Part shown: positions 59,462 to 64,000 of the stretch, in pieces
Layout: every line of letters starts with the position of its first letter
How positions within the stretch are numbered: position 1 is the stretch's first letter
Sequence record: KT895374.1
DNA length: 64,000 nucleotides
Direction: 5' to 3' (one strand)
Notes under the pieces: generated by a model
Database searches by the model: none
What the model was told of the DNA's origin: nothing
Seen by the model: only the letters and a program-made list of their open reading frames with translations
Made by a program: the position numbers and the translations under genes

Positions 59462-59776
59462 TTGTTAATAATTGACAATAATAAAGTTGTCAGTATGGAA
59501 GTAGTCAAGGACGATAGTTTAAAAAAGGAAATAAATTACCTTATTAGTGTTGCTGGAAATGATTTTTCTTATAGTGTTTATTTAATGGATACTTTAGATG
59601 ATGTATTAGTAGATGGTATAAACTTAGATGAAATTGAATATATAGAAAGTGCAACAGAGAATTATTACAAACTGTTAATATACAGTCAAGATTTAAATCA
59701 CTATAAATTTTATATGATTAAAAAAGATTTATTTAATTATGATCAAATAAAAAAATTTAAAGGTAGGTACAACTAA
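59462..59776 (+). CDS. Hypothetical protein
   Basis: TTG start, SD AAGGTGGG. Confidence 0.7.
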   Translation: MLIIDNNKVVSMEVVKDDSLKKEINYLISVAGNDFSYSVYLMDTLDDVLVDGINLDEIEYIESATENYYKLLIYSQDLNHYKFYMIKKDLFNYDQIKKFKGRYN

Positions 59777-59777
59777 A

Positions 59778-60308
59778 ATGAATAACACTCAAATTAGAAA
59801 TTTAAGCGAAGAAGATTATAATTTTATTATTGATAGTTTTATGGAAGAATTAGAGAGTCAAGAAGAGGGATTTCTTTTTGTTATGTTTGATAGTAAGATG
59901 AATGAGGATGTTATTAGAACAGTTAGAATTTATAGTAAAGGTAAACTAAAATTTCATGCTGTACAAAACTTGACTAATGAAAAAGAAGGATTAAGCTGTT
60001 TTATCCCTAATGAAGAAAGAGAAAAGGAATTAGAAGATAAAACAGGAAATATAGAGACAATTAAAACTTTAATTAGTAAATGTATTTTCTTTTATATGTT
60101 TAAAGGTTTAAGATGGAGAGATCTTCTCAATGGTACAAAACAACTGGATAGTATTGAAGAATTAAATGCTGGCGGTCTAACAGAATTCTTTAAAAATACT
60201 AAAGATCAATTTAATTATGTAATGAGTGATGGTAGAAAGACCAATCTGATTAAGGATAGAAAAAATATACTACAAGAATATCTACAAGGTGAGAGATCAG
60301 CAATATAA
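59778..60308 (+). CDS. Hypothetical protein
   Basis: 176 aa; followed by a hairpin and T run at about 60292-60335. Confidence 0.75.
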   Translation: MNNTQIRNLSEEDYNFIIDSFMEELESQEEGFLFVMFDSKMNEDVIRTVRIYSKGKLKFHAVQNLTNEKEGLSCFIPNEEREKELEDKTGNIETIKTLISKCIFFYMFKGLRWRDLLNGTKQLDSIEELNAGGLTEFFKNTKDQFNYVMSDGRKTNLIKDRKNILQEYLQGERSAI

Positions 60309-60334
60309 AAAATTGTTGCTGATCTCTTTTTTTT

Positions 60335-60979
60335 TTACATATCATAAGTCTTTTTCAATATATCGCTTTCACTATATTTAATATTTTTTTCTGAAAAATC
60401 AACCAATCTATTAAATTTATCAATCATCTCATCATTTAAAGCAATATTATATTTTTCAACAAATGAATTAATATCTCCATATACTTGATTAAGATTAATA
60501 AATATTTCTCCTGCATGAACTAATTCATGAATAGTAACAGATAAAGGAGTGAGACCAATAATATTTTCATAATGATCTTTTATTACTTCTTTTGTAATAG
60601 AAAAAGAATTAAAATTTTCTTCTTTTATAATTTTTCTATGAACCGCTAAAGTAACTATATCAAATAACGTAAAAGGATAATGATGAAATTCAATAGTAGC
60701 ATCTTCTTGTGTTACATTACCCAAAACAGCACATGATGTTAAACCTAGTTCATTTTTAAGAAAACCTATATATCGACTATATTCATTACTTTTTCTAACC
60801 ATATTTTCAACTTTTTTAATAAATTTATTCATCTTAGCATTATCATAATAATCGCTATAATAAAATCTTTCTTCAAAATAACCATCCATGTTAGAGAGAA
60901 TGATATTTTCTTTTGTTTGTTTACTCTGAATATTTACAATATTATTTATTTTCTTTTTGTTATCTATTTTTTTTATCAT
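60335..60979 (-). CDS. HNH-like fold protein (paralogue of 50528..51250)
   Basis: C...IEFHHYPFTLFDIV...GLTPLSVTIHELVHAG. Confidence 0.55.
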   Translation of the reverse strand: MIKKIDNKKKINNIVNIQSKQTKENIILSNMDGYFEERFYYSDYYDNAKMNKFIKKVENMVRKSNEYSRYIGFLKNELGLTSCAVLGNVTQEDATIEFHHYPFTLFDIVTLAVHRKIIKEENFNSFSITKEVIKDHYENIIGLTPLSVTIHELVHAGEIFINLNQVYGDINSFVEKYNIALNDEMIDKFNRLVDFSEKNIKYSESDILKKTYDM

Positions 60980-61031
60980 TTCTTATCAAAATCCTTTCTC
61001 TTAGAACAATTTGATATTATAGAGAACTAAA

Positions 61032-63248
61032 GTGGGTGAGAGCTTGAATAATAAATATAATTTAATATCAAAAGAAGATATTAAAGAAATAGATGATGTT
61101 TTAGATTTTGCTGAAGGACTAATTATTAAAGATGTAAAAAAAGCCGATCAAGAAGAAACTGTAACTAGTTTAAGAACCGCCAATCAGGTTATAACAAGTG
61201 CTTTAAATAAAGCAGATAGCAACGATGAAATTGATAATATAATGAAAAACTACAAAGATTTAAATCCTTACTATATTGAACTAAAAGAGAAATATAATAT
61301 TAGTTATTATAAATCTAGAACTGCAAGAGACTTTGCTATTTTAGAATCAACTAATAAGACTTTAAATCGTGAAGATACCGCATTATTTTATGAGTGCTAT
61401 TATGAAGTATTAGAATATCATAAAAAAGTAATTTCAACGAGAGCTTTTGAATCCCAAACAAAATATAGATCCTTTATTAAACTGTTTATAATATTCTCTA
61501 CAGTTCAAAGATATCTAACTAGAAAGATGGATTCTTTTTTTGATGTAGATGTCTATGACCTTAAGAGATTGAAGAATGCTTTTATATCAGTTGGTCTTGA
61601 TTACTTTGATAACATGCCAGCAAACTATCAGCGAAGACTATTAAAAATGGTTAATACTTTATTGTCTCATAAAGGTACTAACCTAGCTATAAAAGAAATA
61701 ATTAATTTATTTGGATTTAAAAACATGGATATATTTAAATATATCTTAGTTAAAGGCTATGGAACAGATAGAAGAGGACAAATAAATTATCAAGATCCAA
61801 GATTATTTTTTTATAAAACTCCTGCAGATGAAGAAATTAATCCATCAAAAAATATGAGATTTGATTATAAATCAATTACTTCTCAAGATCCTTATTGGCA
61901 AGCAAGTGAAGATCAAATAAAATCTATGGAATTTAATTCTATTACTTCTAAATATATGAGCATTGATAGTAGTATAGATGCAATTAAGGAGACATTGAAT
62001 TTATCCTACTTCATGTCATTACTGAAAAAATTTGAAGAAGAATATAAAGATAAACATGGAATTGATATAGGCTTTATCAATAAAAAAATATCTTTACAAA
62101 GTATTGATTTATTTGATAGCATTATAGCTCTTCAGTCATTAATTATTAGAAGTCATGGTTATAAGGACTTAATAAACAAAAATCCAGATAGTATTAACTT
62201 TATATATGGTTATAATGATATTGAAAATAAAATTGATATTAAAGAATTTGTAAAGAAAATTGAAGATATCTTATTGAAGTATCCGAATACAGAGGATCAT
62301 GAAACTATCAATAGTTTTTTAAAAGATTTTAAGATGTCTAATTTTGAAGATAAAGAAAATTATACTATAAATAGTTTTCTTGAAGTATTTAATAATAATG
62401 AAAGTATTCGAAATAGTCTAGAAGATTTAATTGTTAAGACCAATAATTATTATATATTTCGTGAGCTAAATAAAATATGGGATTTAAAGATGAAATCTAA
62501 AATAAATAATGATATATATGGTAATAATGAAACATTTTTAGATTTTTTAAAAGAAAAAAATTATGAACTCCATAATTATATTATTCCTCCTGATTTTATG
62601 GATGAAAAACAAAGACAATTGTTTTTTAAAGAAAAAATCTTTGAATTAACTGAATCTATTGCAAATCATATTGGAGATTTAAAATTAAGGAAATCTTTCT
62701 TAAATAATAATTTTATTGGTTTAAATTCTTATATTGAGGAATATCTATATACTATTGTATCTTTATTTAAGTCATATACTATTGATTTATTATCAGCAAA
62801 TGTTATATTTTCTCTTAATGATAAGAGATTGAATACCATTAAATTATTTGATCACTATCAAGGTTCTACTTATTCTTATGAAGCTGAAAGAGTAGATATT
62901 ATTGATATATGTAATATATTAGACGGTAATAAACTACTATTAAAAGAAGAATTCTTGGATGAAAAGTTGTATTGGACTTCAAGTCTAAAAGATCAGGATA
63001 TTTTAGATAGTATTTATGATGATAAGTTTATTCAATCAATTTATGATATAAAAGAAAAAAAGATATTTAATGAAAAATATTCATTATTCTTAGACTATAA
63101 ATTAAATAATAAACTCTTATTAAATCATAAAATTAATAAAGATTCTAAACAATATTTTAGTGATACAGGAACTCTCCGTGAACATTTAACAATAACTGTT
63201 GGTGAATCAGGAGAAGATGATAGAATAGTTGAAAATATAAATTATTAA
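61032..63248 (+). CDS. Baseplate/tail structural protein (P2 gpI / wedge-like domain)
   Basis: HKGTNLAIKEIINLFGF motif; late motif at 61005-61016. Confidence 0.6.
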   Translation: MGESLNNKYNLISKEDIKEIDDVLDFAEGLIIKDVKKADQEETVTSLRTANQVITSALNKADSNDEIDNIMKNYKDLNPYYIELKEKYNISYYKSRTARDFAILESTNKTLNREDTALFYECYYEVLEYHKKVISTRAFESQTKYRSFIKLFIIFSTVQRYLTRKMDSFFDVDVYDLKRLKNAFISVGLDYFDNMPANYQRRLLKMVNTLLSHKGTNLAIKEIINLFGFKNMDIFKYILVKGYGTDRRGQINYQDPRLFFYKTPADEEINPSKNMRFDYKSITSQDPYWQASEDQIKSMEFNSITSKYMSIDSSIDAIKETLNLSYFMSLLKKFEEEYKDKHGIDIGFINKKISLQSIDLFDSIIALQSLIIRSHGYKDLINKNPDSINFIYGYNDIENKIDIKEFVKKIEDILLKYPNTEDHETINSFLKDFKMSNFEDKENYTINSFLEVFNNNESIRNSLEDLIVKTNNYYIFRELNKIWDLKMKSKINNDIYGNNETFLDFLKEKNYELHNYIIPPDFMDEKQRQLFFKEKIFELTESIANHIGDLKLRKSFLNNNFIGLNSYIEEYLYTIVSLFKSYTIDLLSANVIFSLNDKRLNTIKLFDHYQGSTYSYEAERVDIIDICNILDGNKLLLKEEFLDEKLYWTSSLKDQDILDSIYDDKFIQSIYDIKEKKIFNEKYSLFLDYKLNNKLLLNHKINKDSKQYFSDTGTLREHLTITVGESGEDDRIVENINY

Positions 63249-63263
63249 GGTGGAGAGTTATAA

Positions 63264-63998
63264 ATGGAAAAAGTAATTAATTTTGAAGACGCTATGAACA
63301 TTGCAGAGGAAATTGATCAGAAACAAAGTCGTAAAGGTTTAAGAGGTCGAGTCAATGTTTATGATGATTTAGGTAATTTAATCCTTCAAAAAGACAATCT
63401 AATTGTAATGCGTGGTAGAACATTTGCTCTTGAAAAACTATTTAATTCACCAATTGATGCAGAAGAATCAGGTTATAAAGTTAATATGAATCGTACTATT
63501 TCTCTATTTAAAATTGGTTCAGGTGGTGCAGATTTAGCTTCCACTCCTTTCCAACCTTTTACACCAGTTTATAGTGATGAAGATTTATCCCAGCCAGTAC
63601 CATTTGTGGTCCAAGATCCTAAAAAAAATGAAGATCCTGAAAAAGAAAATAATCCATCAATTGTAGAAGCTTTAAGTGAAGAGCAATCTAAAAAATATTA
63701 CATTCCTAATGTAAAAGAAGATGGAACAACTGAATTCTATGGTAAAGTATTTGAAAGTCAACCACAATGGGTATTTAATAAAGAAACAAATGAAGTATAT
63801 AAAAAGATTACTTTAAAGGTTAATATTGATGAAGCTAGAGGATTCTATATTAATGAATTAGGTCTTGTTATTGCAGAATATGATGAGGAAAACAATACCT
63901 TTGACGATTCAGAGTTATTCTCTAGAATTACTTTTGATAGTGAATCTCTAACTTCTCTAACTAAAACTCTTTTGTTTGAATATTTAATTTTTGCATAA
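63264..63998 (+). CDS. Baseplate/tail-fibre attachment protein (tail-collar-fibre-like)
   Basis: FKIGSGG, FYINELGL and LFSRITF motifs. Confidence 0.6.
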   Translation: MEKVINFEDAMNIAEEIDQKQSRKGLRGRVNVYDDLGNLILQKDNLIVMRGRTFALEKLFNSPIDAEESGYKVNMNRTISLFKIGSGGADLASTPFQPFTPVYSDEDLSQPVPFVVQDPKKNEDPEKENNPSIVEALSEEQSKKYYIPNVKEDGTTEFYGKVFESQPQWVFNKETNEVYKKITLKVNIDEARGFYINELGLVIAEYDEENNTFDDSELFSRITFDSESLTSLTKTLLFEYLIFA

Positions 63999-64000
63999 AC

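Noticed and set aside
1-64000. tRNA, rRNA, CRISPR-Cas, integrase or transposase, reverse transcriptase
   Set aside because: No recognisable signatures found by eye; tRNAscan and profile searches were not run.

Overview
A very AT-rich 64-kb segment of a PBS1/AR9-like Bacillus jumbo myophage. The Ugi sequence resembles, from memory and not from a search, that of Bacillus phage vB_BpuM-BpSp. Diagnostic genes are a Ugi-type uracil-DNA glycosylase inhibitor (implying dU-containing DNA), split multisubunit RNA polymerase subunits (beta-like and beta'-C-like), a homologue of the AR9 gp226 sigma-like subunit, a GroEL-like chaperonin, class Ib RNR (nrdIEF), dCMP deaminase, primase, RusA, RNase H, a GH25-LysM endolysin, a holin, and tail, baseplate and head genes. 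The ORF track misses several things. (i) The RNAP beta gene is split by at least four group I introns (exons of 141, 151 and 33 nt), and intron 1 carries an antisense gene with its own promoter, SD and terminator. (ii) There is a likely -1 frameshift extension of a T4 gp26-like baseplate chaperone. (iii) A multiply pseudoknotted candidate ncRNA of about 240 nt lies upstream of the head-protein cluster. (iv) There is a candidate anti-SD small RNA. (v) Two genes encode 13 tandem HTH modules with hypervariable recognition helices. (vi) A 420-bp AT-rich region with a perfect 40-bp palindrome is a candidate origin. No tRNA or CRISPR array was seen. All family assignments come from motif recognition by eye; no searches were run.
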